From: an uncultured Bacilli bacterium
Lineage (GTDB): Bacteria; Bacillota_I; Bacilli_A; RF39; UBA660
Direction of reading: 5' to 3'
DNA: 56,788 bases
NCBI GenBank assembly: GCA_947626595.1
Contig: CANQST010000004.1
Span: 1 to 56,788, forward strand
Shown here in pieces: positions 7,926 to 17,730 of the stretch. Made by a program: the position numbers and the translations under genes. Numbering within the stretch: the stretch's first letter is position 1; each line of letters opens with the position of its first letter. The notes under the pieces are model-generated. The model had not been told where the DNA came from, did not search any database, and was given only the letters and a program-made list of their open reading frames with translations.

Positions 7926-8477
7926 CTAATTAAATATTTTTATAAAGTATTTCTTTATATTTAGGGCTATTTCTTCTAATGTATAAGGACTTTCTTTTCT
8001 AAAGTATTTTAATATTTCTAACATGCTTCCATTCATTAGAAAGGAAACATCTAAGTTTAAGTATTTATCATTATAAATATTTTTTAATGCTTGTTCTATT
8101 TTTTTACTAGCTATATTTTTTAATTTTTCTAGGAAGCTAACAGATATATCGGCATTTAATAATAGTTGATATAATTCTTCATTTTCTTTTAAACAAATAA
8201 ATATATTATCAAAGTACTCTAAAATATCTTTTTTATTATGTAATATTAAGTCTTCATTACAAAGAAGCTCAATTGTTTGTAATTGATATTCTTCTCCAAC
8301 TTGATAAATATTATCATAATGCGTATAGAAAGTACTTCTTGTTATGTCAGCTCGTTTTACTAACTCAGTAACTGTTACTTTATCTAATTGCTTTTTTTCA
8401 CTTAAAAGTTGAGCAAAAGTTTTCTTAATAATATTTCTTGTTTTAATAGCTGAAGAATTTAGACATTGGACTTTCAT
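7926..8477 (-). CDS. TetR/AcrR-family transcriptional regulator
   Basis: The N-terminal HTH VTVTELVKRADITRSTFYTHYDNIYQV is the TetR signature. Divergent from the MMPL transporter gene. Confidence 0.85.
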   Translation of the reverse strand: MKVQCLNSSAIKTRNIIKKTFAQLLSEKKQLDKVTVTELVKRADITRSTFYTHYDNIYQVGEEYQLQTIELLCNEDLILHNKKDILEYFDNIFICLKENEELYQLLLNADISVSFLEKLKNIASKKIEQALKNIYNDKYLNLDVSFLMNGSMLEILKYFRKESPYTLEEIALNIKKYFIKIFN

Positions 8478-8649
8478 TTGGCAATACCTCCTCCTAAAAC
8501 AGGTTATATTATACTACTATTTGCTTTAAATGTAAACAGTTTGTTTAAATATGTCTAAATTTAGACATATTTAGGAATATTATTCTTTCTTAATAGTATT
8601 ATTAAGAATATAATGTAGTGTAGAGCGTTTTGAAAGGACTGATTATTTT

Positions 8650-11600
8650 ATGAAAAAAATTACTAATTTTATTATAGATAAAAGATACTTTATTTTAGTT
8701 TTGTTTATTGGTTTTACTATTATATCTTTTTTATTAATGGATAATGTTAGTATTAACTATGATATTTCTAAATATTTACCTGATAATTCAGAAACTAGAA
8801 TAGGTATGAATATTATGGAAGAAGAGTTTTCTGATACTGAGAGTAGTACTTTAAATGTTATGTTTGAAGATTTAAAAAGTAAAGATAAAAATACTATAAA
8901 AAAAGAACTTGAAGAAATTAGTGGTGTAGATAGTGTAGAGTATAATTCTACTAAAGATTATAATAAAGGTAAATATACTTTATATGTAATTACAGTAGAT
9001 GGGAAAAGTGATAGTAAGACAGCGAGTAAAGTCTTTGATAAAATAGAAGATAAGTATAAAGATTATACTTTTTATACTAGTGGTGATGTTAGTGAAGCTA
9101 ATAAGACAGTTTTATCTATTTGGATTATTGCTTTAGCAGTTTTTTGTGCTTTAATTATTTTACTTATTATGTGTGGGTCATATACTGAGCCTTTCCTTTT
9201 CTTGGCGACTATTTTGATGGCAGTTGTTTTAAATAAAGGAACTAATATTATTTTTCCTAATGTTTCTCATATTACAGATGCGATTGCTTCTATTTTACAG
9301 ATGGCTTTATCAATGGATTATTCTATAATGCTTATGAACCGTTATAATCAAGAAAAGAGAATTGAAAAAGATAAAGTAAAGGCTATGAAAAATGCTTTAC
9401 ATAAAGCTTTTCAATCTATATCAAGTAGTTCTTTAACTACTATTGTTGGTCTTTTATCTTTAGTTTTTATGAGTTTTAAGATTGGTAAAGATTTAGGATT
9501 TATATTAGCTAAAGGGGTTTTATTTAGTTTGATTTGTATTTTCTTTTGTTTGCCAGCACTTATTTTAATGTTTGATAAATTGATTACTAAAACTAAAAAG
9601 AAAAGCCCTAAATTTAATTTAACTAAGCTAGCTAAGGGTAGTTATAAGGTTAGATATTTGGCACCTTTCTTATTTTTAATAGTTTTTATTACTAGTTTCT
9701 TTTTAAAAGGTAATTTAGGGATTGATTATACTGATAAGAGTAATGACGAAATATCTAATGTTTTTAAAGAAAATAATCAGCTGGCAATTATTTATGATAA
9801 AAAGTATGAGGATGTTATTGCGAGTAAATTATCTAAATTAGAAAAAGATAGTAATATTAATGAAGTATTAGGTTATGGTAATACTATTAATCAAGAATTA
9901 ACTTATGATAAATTGAATGATAAACTTAAAGACTTAGGTTCTTCTGTTAGAGTTGAAGATTACTTATTAAGAATAATTTACTATAATTACTATAATAAAG
10001 AAAGTTCTAAAGTAACTTTTAATGAATTTATTAATTTTATTGAAAATGATGCTTATAATAATCCTAATATTAATAAAAAGATAGATAATAATATTAAGAA
10101 TGATATTAATAGACTTAAAAACTTCACTACATCATCTTCTATGAATGAAGAAAAAACTCCTAATGAGATAGCAAGCATACTACAAATAGACGAAGATAGT
10201 ATAAAAGATCTTTTCATTTACTATGCTTCTTTAAATAATAATGAAAAAATGACTTTAGAAGAATTTGCTTCTTTTATGGAAAAGGATGTTTTAACTAATA
10301 ATAAGTATTCTAAAGAAATAGATAATGATAGTAGATATAAATTATCTTTACTAAGTAAATTTAGTAATAAAGATATTATTAATAAGAAAATGACTAGTAA
10401 GGAAATTGCGAATACTTTTGGTATAGAAGAAAGTATGGTTAATGAATTATTTAAGTATTATATTTCTTTAAATGATATAGATTTAAGACTAAGTATTAAT
10501 GAGTTTTCTAGATTTGTTTTGGAAGATGTTATAACTAATCCTACTTATCTATCTAGTTTTAATGAAGAAGTAGTTAATAATATTAAGATGCTTGCTTTCT
10601 TTAGTGATAATACTTTAACAAGTAAAGAGATTTCTTATAGTGATATGGCTTCATTATTTGGAATAGATAAAGATAAAGTTAAGGATATTTACTTAATTAA
10701 GTATTTAAATAGTAAAAATAATAATGTATATAAATTAAGAGATTTTATTAATTATGTAAAAGTATTAAAAGAAAATACTACTTATTTAGATACTGTTGAT
10801 ATAAGTATGCTTTCTTCTTTAGAAAATTCTTTAATAATAGATAATAGTTTTTCAGCAGAAGAACTTGCTGGTATTCTTAATAAGAGTGAAGAAGATATAA
10901 ATAAAATATATAATTTAATAGACTGTGTAACAGATAATTGCAGTAGTTGGGTTATGGCTCCTAAAGAGTTTATTACTTTAGTTTTAACTAATAAAGATAC
11001 TTATAAGAACTTAGATAATGTAATGATAGAAAAATTAAACTTATTACAAAAAGTAACTCAATTAAGTAATCAAGAATTTACTTATACTGATTTAGCTTCT
11101 TTAATTAATTTAGATATTAATAGTACAAAGAATATTTATGTTTTATACAAAGCTAATCTTAATAATATTAGTATTAGTCCTTATGAGTTTGTTAATTTAG
11201 TTTTGAAAAATAAAGATTTATTAGGAAATATTTCTTCTAGTACAATAAATAATTTATCTTTATTAGAAGTTATTATGAATTCTACTATAAATAACTATCA
11301 ATATAATAGTAGAGATCTTGCGAATATACTTAGTATTAATAGTAGTCAAGCAGAATTACTTTATGGGTTAAAAAACTATTTATATAGTAATGATAATAGT
11401 AAGATTTCATTATATAAATTTATTAATTTTATTCTTGATAAGGTAGTTACTAATAATAAGTATAGTAGTAGTTTTGATAATGATAAAGTTACTAAACTAA
11501 ATACAGTTAAAGCTATTATGAATGATAGTTTAAATGGAGTAAAGTATTCAAATAATCAGATGTTTTATATTTTAAGTAGATTATCAAATGATGCTTCTAA

Positions 11601-12462
11601 GGATATGATAGAAGTACTTTATATTTACTATGGAAGTAATAAAGATTATGATAATACTTATAAGCTTAGTATAGAAGAATTTGTTAGGTATTTAAATAAT
11701 GATATTTTAAAAGATAAGAGATTTACTGATTATATTGATTTAGATATGAGAAAAGATATAATTAATTCTAAAAAAATGATTAGTGATGCGAAAGAGTTAC
11801 TGGTAGGTAAGAAGTATTCTAGGGTTGTTTTAAATACTTATTTATCTTCTGAGGGAAAAGATACTTTTAAGGAAATTCAAAATATTAAAGATTTATTTAA
11901 GGATGATGTTAAGGATTACTATGTTATTGGTAATTCGCCAATGGCATATGAGATAAGTAAAAGCTTTGATAATGAATTAAACTTAATTACAATAATTACC
12001 ATGGTCGCAATATTCATTGTAGTTGCCTTTACTTTTAAATCAGTAATTATTCCGATTATTTTGGTATTAATAATTCAATGTGCTGTTTATTTAACAATGG
12101 GAATATTATCTTTTACGGGAGAAAATGTTTACTTTATTTCGATATTAATTGTTCAAAGTATTTTGATGGGGGCAACTATTGATTACGCTATTTTATATAC
12201 TTCATATTACTTGGAAAATCGTAGGGAATTAAGTATTAGGGATGCTGTAATATCTTCTTATAATAAATCAATTCATACTATTTTAACATCAAGTTCTATT
12301 CTTACTATTGTAACTTTAATTATTGCTTGTTTTACATCAGCTATTGCCGCTAAAATATGTAAAACTATTTCAGCGGGCACTATTTGTTCAACTATTTTGA
12401 TATTATTCTTACTACCAGCAGTTTTAGCTTGCTTTGATAAATTAATTATTAAGAAGAAATAA
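8650..12462 (+). CDS. MMPL/RND-superfamily membrane transporter with a greatly expanded second extracytoplasmic loop
   Basis: 1,270 aa with two blocks of TM helices (about residues 155-350 and 1085-1265). MMPL-like segments are LQMALSMDYSIMLMNRY and ILMGATIDYAILYTSYY. Paired with a TetR regulator. Confidence 0.75.
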   Translation: MKKITNFIIDKRYFILVLFIGFTIISFLLMDNVSINYDISKYLPDNSETRIGMNIMEEEFSDTESSTLNVMFEDLKSKDKNTIKKELEEISGVDSVEYNSTKDYNKGKYTLYVITVDGKSDSKTASKVFDKIEDKYKDYTFYTSGDVSEANKTVLSIWIIALAVFCALIILLIMCGSYTEPFLFLATILMAVVLNKGTNIIFPNVSHITDAIASILQMALSMDYSIMLMNRYNQEKRIEKDKVKAMKNALHKAFQSISSSSLTTIVGLLSLVFMSFKIGKDLGFILAKGVLFSLICIFFCLPALILMFDKLITKTKKKSPKFNLTKLAKGSYKVRYLAPFLFLIVFITSFFLKGNLGIDYTDKSNDEISNVFKENNQLAIIYDKKYEDVIASKLSKLEKDSNINEVLGYGNTINQELTYDKLNDKLKDLGSSVRVEDYLLRIIYYNYYNKESSKVTFNEFINFIENDAYNNPNINKKIDNNIKNDINRLKNFTTSSSMNEEKTPNEIASILQIDEDSIKDLFIYYASLNNNEKMTLEEFASFMEKDVLTNNKYSKEIDNDSRYKLSLLSKFSNKDIINKKMTSKEIANTFGIEESMVNELFKYYISLNDIDLRLSINEFSRFVLEDVITNPTYLSSFNEEVVNNIKMLAFFSDNTLTSKEISYSDMASLFGIDKDKVKDIYLIKYLNSKNNNVYKLRDFINYVKVLKENTTYLDTVDISMLSSLENSLIIDNSFSAEELAGILNKSEEDINKIYNLIDCVTDNCSSWVMAPKEFITLVLTNKDTYKNLDNVMIEKLNLLQKVTQLSNQEFTYTDLASLINLDINSTKNIYVLYKANLNNISISPYEFVNLVLKNKDLLGNISSSTINNLSLLEVIMNSTINNYQYNSRDLANILSINSSQAELLYGLKNYLYSNDNSKISLYKFINFILDKVVTNNKYSSSFDNDKVTKLNTVKAIMNDSLNGVKYSNNQMFYILSRLSNDASKDMIEVLYIYYGSNKDYDNTYKLSIEEFVRYLNNDILKDKRFTDYIDLDMRKDIINSKKMISDAKELLVGKKYSRVVLNTYLSSEGKDTFKEIQNIKDLFKDDVKDYYVIGNSPMAYEISKSFDNELNLITIITMVAIFIVVAFTFKSVIIPIILVLIIQCAVYLTMGILSFTGENVYFISILIVQSILMGATIDYAILYTSYYLENRRELSIRDAVISSYNKSIHTILTSSSILTIVTLIIACFTSAIAAKICKTISAGTICSTILILFLLPAVLACFDKLIIKKK
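10009..11795 (+). repeat. About 7.5 tandem degenerate ~72-80-aa repeats encoded inside the MMPL gene
   Basis: The recurring pattern is [hydrophobic]-x-[EK]-F-[IV]-x-[FL]-[IV]...T-x-x-[ED]-[IL]-A-x-[IL]-[LF]-x-[IL]-[DN]...[IL]-[YF]. Examples: TFNEFINFIEND...EIASILQIDEDSIKDLFIYY, TLEEFASFMEKD...EIANTFGIEESMVNELFKYY, SINEFSRFVLED...DMASLFGIDKDKVKDIYLIKY. Confidence 0.6.
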
Positions 12463-12486
12463 CTCTAATTAGTAGAGTTTTTCTTT
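12461..12486 (+). terminator. Rho-independent terminator
   Basis: aactcta-attag-tagagtt followed by tttttctttt, directly at the MMPL stop codon. Confidence 0.55.
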
Positions 12487-12520
12487 TAAATTTGATAAAA
12501 TACTCTTGAGGAGATAAGGT

Positions 12521-13075
12521 ATGCAAGAGTTATTATTACAAAATATTAAAGAAAAATATAATGAATTAAAGAGGAAAAGAATAAGAATAATAAAATTACA
12601 TCAAGAATTAGAAAGGCTTAAAGAAGATAAAAATGTAAAGAGATATATTGAATTACTAAGAGAAGGAATAAATACTAAAATATTAAATGAAGATGAGTTA
12701 ATTGAGGCAACATATTTAAGTATTTTTAAAGGTTTTGATAAAGAAGATATTGTTTCTAATAAGATAATGATTTTTATAGGTTGTTATAATGATATATCTA
12801 TTACATCTGAAGAAGATAGTAATATTAAATATTATATGTATAAGGATTTAGAAACTGGTAGAGAAGTATCTATTAGTAAAGATAATATATTAAAGTATGA
12901 AGATAATAATATAACTTTATATCCTAAAGTAGATAAAATATCTAAGGAAGAATATCTTAAGTGTTATACTAAGTTACAAGAGTATTTTATGAAAAATATT
13001 ATTTATTATGATCAAGAGGAAGCAATAGAAAAGTTATTTGTAAAAATATATGGAAGGAGAAGAGTTAATGAATGA
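12521..13075 (+). CDS. Hypothetical protein (operon gene 1 of 5)
   Basis: 184-aa ORF with RBS gaggagataaggt before the ATG. The N-terminus looks like a coiled coil. No family recognised. Confidence 0.5.
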   Translation: MQELLLQNIKEKYNELKRKRIRIIKLHQELERLKEDKNVKRYIELLREGINTKILNEDELIEATYLSIFKGFDKEDIVSNKIMIFIGCYNDISITSEEDSNIKYYMYKDLETGREVSISKDNILKYEDNNITLYPKVDKISKEEYLKCYTKLQEYFMKNIIYYDQEEAIEKLFVKIYGRRRVNE

Positions 13076-13538
13076 TTTAGAATATTCTATTTTAAAGAAA
13101 TTACAAGAAAAAAGAAGTAGTAATGATATTTTAAATGATGTAGTAGTTGAAGAGTTATGTAGTGAGTTTTTTGATAAAGCTAGGATACTTAGAATTACTG
13201 ATAATATTTCTTTAACTAAAGAAGAGTTTAAAAAGATAATTATAAGTATTTATAGTGTTTTACCAATAAAGCTTAGTAAGAAGAAAGATATTAAAAAATT
13301 ATCCCAAAATTATATTATGTTACTTCTTGCGGATGCGATAGACGATTGGAATATTGATAAAGATTGGGCAATTAATCATTTATGGTATTTATCTATGGGA
13401 AGAGAAAATATTAAAAAGGATGATTTATTTCCTTTGATAGTTTATATGCAAAAGAAGTTATTGAAAGAGTTTAATATCAAGGAAAAAATTACTGATAAGA
13501 CAAAAAGAAAAGTAGCTACATGGATGCTTACTAAATAG
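13068..13538 (+). CDS. Hypothetical protein (operon gene 2 of 5)
   Basis: The ATG at 13068 is preceded by aaggag and overlaps the upstream stop codon (ATGAATGA), which suggests translational coupling. No family recognised. Confidence 0.5.
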   Translation: MNDLEYSILKKLQEKRSSNDILNDVVVEELCSEFFDKARILRITDNISLTKEEFKKIIISIYSVLPIKLSKKKDIKKLSQNYIMLLLADAIDDWNIDKDWAINHLWYLSMGRENIKKDDLFPLIVYMQKKLLKEFNIKEKITDKTKRKVATWMLTK

Positions 13539-13600
13539 TTTTTCTTTACAAATTAAGAAAAATGTGCTATAATAAGCCCTATTGAAAGGGGGATTATAGT

Positions 13601-13858
13601 ATGAATAATACTTATCAAGAGGAAGCTACTGTAAAAAGCACTGGTATTGTTAGAGATGTTGTTAAATTAAATTATGGTTCTACAGTAGTAATTATTGAAG
13701 ATACTATTAACAATTTTACTTTAAAAGATGTTATTAATTTTAAGGGTACTCTACTAAAAGTAGGAGATAGTGTTAATATCATTTATAAAGAGAATGGTAG
13801 TAGAATTGAATATGCGATAGAGCCAGTAAAAGTAGATACAATGTATAGAAATAAGTAG
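13601..13858 (+). CDS. Hypothetical small protein (operon gene 3 of 5)
   Basis: 85-aa ORF with RBS aaagggggattatagt before the ATG. Looks beta-rich by composition. Confidence 0.45.
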   Translation: MNNTYQEEATVKSTGIVRDVVKLNYGSTVVIIEDTINNFTLKDVINFKGTLLKVGDSVNIIYKENGSRIEYAIEPVKVDTMYRNK

Positions 13859-13893
13859 TTTGTAGCTACTTTTCTTTTGAAAAAGGTGATTAG

Positions 13894-14847
13894 ATGGATT
13901 TTATTAAAGCAAATTTAGAAGATGTAAGTTTAAAAGAGTTATTATTAATAATGGATAAGAATAAAGCTATTGCGAAAGAAAAAGAAGAAGAAATTACAAA
14001 AATGATTACTATTAGTTCGGAAGAAGAAATAATTCCTAGAAAAGATATAGTAAAGCAAGATAATAAAGTAGTTATAAAAGAGGGTAAGGATGGAGCTTTT
14101 GAAGAAGAAGTTATGCTTTATTTAAATGAGTTAAATAAAATAAATGAAGATAATATAAGTAATATAGAAGCTGTTTTACCTAATAGAGACGATTATAATT
14201 ATGAAAGAATTATTTATAGATTAGAGTTAGAAGTACTAAAAAATATTAAAGAGATTAGAAACTTTGTTAAAGAAGAAAGCTTATTACCAGATGAAAAAGC
14301 TATATTTGATGCGGAAATATCTTTAGAACAAGAGAAACTATTATTACTTAAAGAAGCTCTTTTACCAGTTAATGAAGAAGTTGTAGAAGAAGAGAATAAC
14401 TTAATTTTCATTCCAACTACAGGAGGTAATATTAGAGTATTAAATGAACTTGAGAAAATGCCAGTTGAATATTACCCAGCTTTTTTGGATTTACTTTTAT
14501 CTATTAAAAATTCTACTTTTAAAAATGCTAAGAGATTTTCTAATAATGATAATCTTGCGGGTATATTAGAAGTAAAAGGTTTTCAAGTAAGAATTCTTTA
14601 TGAAAGATTAGATAAGAATAATTATGCAGTTATATCTGCTTTTATTAAAAAGACTAATAATGATAATGGATATAGAGCTTTTCTTGATCAAAAGATTAGT
14701 GATTACTTTGCGATTAAAGAAAGAATTAAGTCTTTACTAGATAATGAAGAATTTTTAAAGGAAAATAAATTAGTAGAAGAAAAGATATTTAATCTTTTAA
14801 CTAAGGATAAAGCTAAAGAAAAGGTGAAGAGAAATGACCAAGAGTGA
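13894..14847 (+). CDS. Hypothetical protein with a possible RelE/HigB(Gp49)-like C-terminal region (operon gene 4 of 5)
   Basis: The C-terminal segment LAGILEVKGFQVRILYERLDKNNYAVISAFIKKTNND resembles the conserved ...RILY...(hydrophobic)5-x-F-x-KKT... core of Gp49/HigB-type toxins. The N-terminal 170 aa are acidic and coiled-coil-like. Confidence 0.45.
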   Translation: MDFIKANLEDVSLKELLLIMDKNKAIAKEKEEEITKMITISSEEEIIPRKDIVKQDNKVVIKEGKDGAFEEEVMLYLNELNKINEDNISNIEAVLPNRDDYNYERIIYRLELEVLKNIKEIRNFVKEESLLPDEKAIFDAEISLEQEKLLLLKEALLPVNEEVVEEENNLIFIPTTGGNIRVLNELEKMPVEYYPAFLDLLLSIKNSTFKNAKRFSNNDNLAGILEVKGFQVRILYERLDKNNYAVISAFIKKTNNDNGYRAFLDQKISDYFAIKERIKSLLDNEEFLKENKLVEEKIFNLLTKDKAKEKVKRNDQE

Positions 14848-16648
14848 ATTGATTGCGAAAGTAGAAGAAGAGATTGTTTCTTTAGAAAAGACGAAAAAAA
14901 TAGATAATTCTTTATTAGAGTGTTTTACTAAATTTAGAGCTAAATATCAAGGTATTAATATGAGTGATTTTGATACTATTAATTTATATGAAGTAGGAGT
15001 TTGTTATTTCTTAATGAAAAGAAATGATGTTACTTTAGAAGAAGTGTCTACTTTATTAATGCCAATAGGCGAGTTAGTTAAAATTGATTTTGTTGATATA
15101 GGTGAATTATTTGACGATATTAATAAGATTATTCATTTTAAAGAAGAAAGATTACTAGAAATAATGATTACTGATAATATGTCACTTAAAAAGAAGACGA
15201 AAGAGTTATTTGTTCGTAATAAGGGAATTAATCCTTATGTTGAAGAAGCTTTGCGGGGAATAGAAAAGATTATTGAAGAAAACTATTTAGATAGGAACAG
15301 TGTTTTAGAATTTGCTAACTTGATGAAAAAATATCCTTTTGAGATATGGGATATTAAAAATATTTGTGGTAATGTTAAGTTGATATCTACTTTTAATGAT
15401 TTAGTAAGTAAAAGTGCTTATGAAGACGATAAAGAAGAAGAGGACCGTATTAGAGCTAAAGTAATGAATAATGCTAATTATGTAAATAATCAGTTAGATG
15501 CTATATTTAGGTATACTGATAAATTAAGGAAAAAAGAAAGTGCTAGAATTGCGAAAGTTGATAAGAAGGAACTTCCTTTAAAAGAGTTTCTTAATGATTT
15601 TTTAAGTGATGAAAAAGAGATTACTAATTATCAAAGTATGATAGAAAAAATACCGGAATATTTAAGATTAGATGCTTTAAAGTTAATGTATTTACATAAT
15701 GAAGAAGTTTATAATGATATTGATAAGAGATACAATGATTTATCTAATAATAAGAGATTAAAATATCAAAGTCTTTTAAGTAATTATGATATAAAATTAT
15801 CTTCTTTATCGCTTTTACAAATACCTTATGATAAATTAGATAGGTCTTTACAATTACTTAGAAAGTTTGGTATTACTAATACTACTATGCCTTATATATT
15901 AGAAAATACTACGGTAGAGATATTAGAAGAGATAAATCTTTATTTAGAAAGAGGTATTATAAATAAAAAGTTTATTAAAAATAATTATTTAATTTTATTA
16001 CCTGGAGAAGAGTATAATAATCTATCTAATAATATTAAACTATTAGAAGGAGAAAATATTAATCCTAGTACTTTTAATGCTTCTAGTAAAGTACTACTTA
16101 CAGATAATAAGCTATTTATAGATAATATAAATACTTTAAAAGAATATAACTTATTAAATAGTATGAAGACTACTGGTAATTATAATTTCTTAGGTAAGGC
16201 TAATTTAGTTACAATAATTGATAAGTTACTAGAGTTAGGTATGGAAAAAATACTAGAAGAAAATATAGGACTTTTAAATAATAAAAATCTTGATAGATTA
16301 TATATTTTGAAACTTTTAGATATAGAAGTTAGTTCTTATGAAGAGTTAGTTGCATACTTAAATCTTAAAAATTTCTATGTAGATGATGCAGATATATTTA
16401 ATTATGTTAGTAAAAGTAATGTTTCTTTAGATAGTGAAGCAAGATTAGTAAGTTTAGATGTTTTTCCTAAAACAAGTAGAACTATTAATATTAATGGAGT
16501 TATATTTTCCAAGAATAAGGTAGAAAGAAATCTAAAATCTACTAGCTTGAGAGATACGAAAGAAGCTTTATTTAAAGATATTATTTTATCAGAAGAAGAA
16601 GTTGAATTAGTAGATAAAGCTTTAAAAGAAAAGATCTATGTTAAATAG
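14834..16648 (+). CDS. Hypothetical 604-aa protein (operon gene 5 of 5)
   Basis: Overlaps the upstream gene by 14 nt. The C-terminal half has repeated ~30-40-aa leucine-rich helical units (LRKFGITNTTMPYILENTT..., IKLLEGENINPSTF..., IDKLLELGMEKILEENIGLL...). Confidence 0.5.
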   Translation: MTKSELIAKVEEEIVSLEKTKKIDNSLLECFTKFRAKYQGINMSDFDTINLYEVGVCYFLMKRNDVTLEEVSTLLMPIGELVKIDFVDIGELFDDINKIIHFKEERLLEIMITDNMSLKKKTKELFVRNKGINPYVEEALRGIEKIIEENYLDRNSVLEFANLMKKYPFEIWDIKNICGNVKLISTFNDLVSKSAYEDDKEEEDRIRAKVMNNANYVNNQLDAIFRYTDKLRKKESARIAKVDKKELPLKEFLNDFLSDEKEITNYQSMIEKIPEYLRLDALKLMYLHNEEVYNDIDKRYNDLSNNKRLKYQSLLSNYDIKLSSLSLLQIPYDKLDRSLQLLRKFGITNTTMPYILENTTVEILEEINLYLERGIINKKFIKNNYLILLPGEEYNNLSNNIKLLEGENINPSTFNASSKVLLTDNKLFIDNINTLKEYNLLNSMKTTGNYNFLGKANLVTIIDKLLELGMEKILEENIGLLNNKNLDRLYILKLLDIEVSSYEELVAYLNLKNFYVDDADIFNYVSKSNVSLDSEARLVSLDVFPKTSRTININGVIFSKNKVERNLKSTSLRDTKEALFKDIILSEEEVELVDKALKEKIYVK

Positions 16649-16698
16649 GTCTTTTCTATTTTCTGATATTGTTATATACTTAAATAGAGGTGAATGGT

Positions 16699-17730
16699 AT
16701 GATAAAACCAGAGAAGTTAAAAAGAAATGATAAGGTGGCGATAGTTAGTTTATCAGCAGGATTACTTGGTGAAGATAGTTTAATTCATAAGTATTATATT
16801 GCGAAAGAGAGATTGGAAAAAGACTTTGGATTACAAGTAGTAGTAATGGAGAACACACTAAAAGGTATTAAGTATTTATATGAACATCCTGAAAAAAGAG
16901 CTGAAGATTTAATGAATGCTTTTAAAGATAAGAGTATAAAGGCTATTTTTACTGCTATTGGAGGAAATGATACGATTAGGCTTCTTCCTTATATAGATTT
17001 TGATGTTATTAAGGATAATCCTAAGATATTTATGGGTTATTCTGATACAACAGTAAATCATTTTATGATGCGAAAAGCTGGATTAGTGTCTTTTTATGGG
17101 CCTTCTATTATGTGTGAAATAGCTGAATATGGTAAAATGCCTGATAATGTTTATAACGCTATTAAGAATATTTTATTTAACGATAGTAAGGGTTTAGAAA
17201 TAACTTCTTCTAAGTATTGGTCTAATGACTTTGTTCCTTGGAAAGAGAAAAATATGAATGTTGAAAAGAAGTTGGTAGAAGAAGAACATGGTTATGAAAT
17301 ATTACAGGGTAGTGATGTAGTAAAAGGAGAAGTTATTGGTGGTTGTATCGATGTTTTTCCTATGATAGTTGGTACTAGTATTTGGCCTAAGGTAGAGGAA
17401 TTTAAAGGAAAAATTCTTTTAATTGAAACGAGCGAGGAAAAGTTATCTTGCGATTATTTGCTTTATTATTTGAGAAATTTAGGAGCTTTAGGAATATTGA
17501 ATGTAATAAATGGTATTATAGTTGGTAAACCTTATCAAGAAGAATACTATGAAGAATATAAAGATATTTATAAGAAAGTTATGATAGAGTATAATTGTCC
17601 TGATTTAGTTATTTTGTATAATGTTAATATTGGACATGCTTACTTTACTGGTATTATGCCTTTAGGAGTAATGGTAGAAATAGACCCTAGTAAAAGGTTA
17701 TTAACTTTACTAGAAAGTGCGACTATTTAG
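16699..17730 (+). CDS. S66-family LD-carboxypeptidase (MccF/LdcA-like)
   Basis: LKRNDKVAIVSLSAG, FTAIGGNDTIRLLPYIDF and the nucleophile motif MGYSDTT. The ATG at 16699 follows agaggtg. Confidence 0.8.
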   Translation: MIKPEKLKRNDKVAIVSLSAGLLGEDSLIHKYYIAKERLEKDFGLQVVVMENTLKGIKYLYEHPEKRAEDLMNAFKDKSIKAIFTAIGGNDTIRLLPYIDFDVIKDNPKIFMGYSDTTVNHFMMRKAGLVSFYGPSIMCEIAEYGKMPDNVYNAIKNILFNDSKGLEITSSKYWSNDFVPWKEKNMNVEKKLVEEEHGYEILQGSDVVKGEVIGGCIDVFPMIVGTSIWPKVEEFKGKILLIETSEEKLSCDYLLYYLRNLGALGILNVINGIIVGKPYQEEYYEEYKDIYKKVMIEYNCPDLVILYNVNIGHAYFTGIMPLGVMVEIDPSKRLLTLLESATI

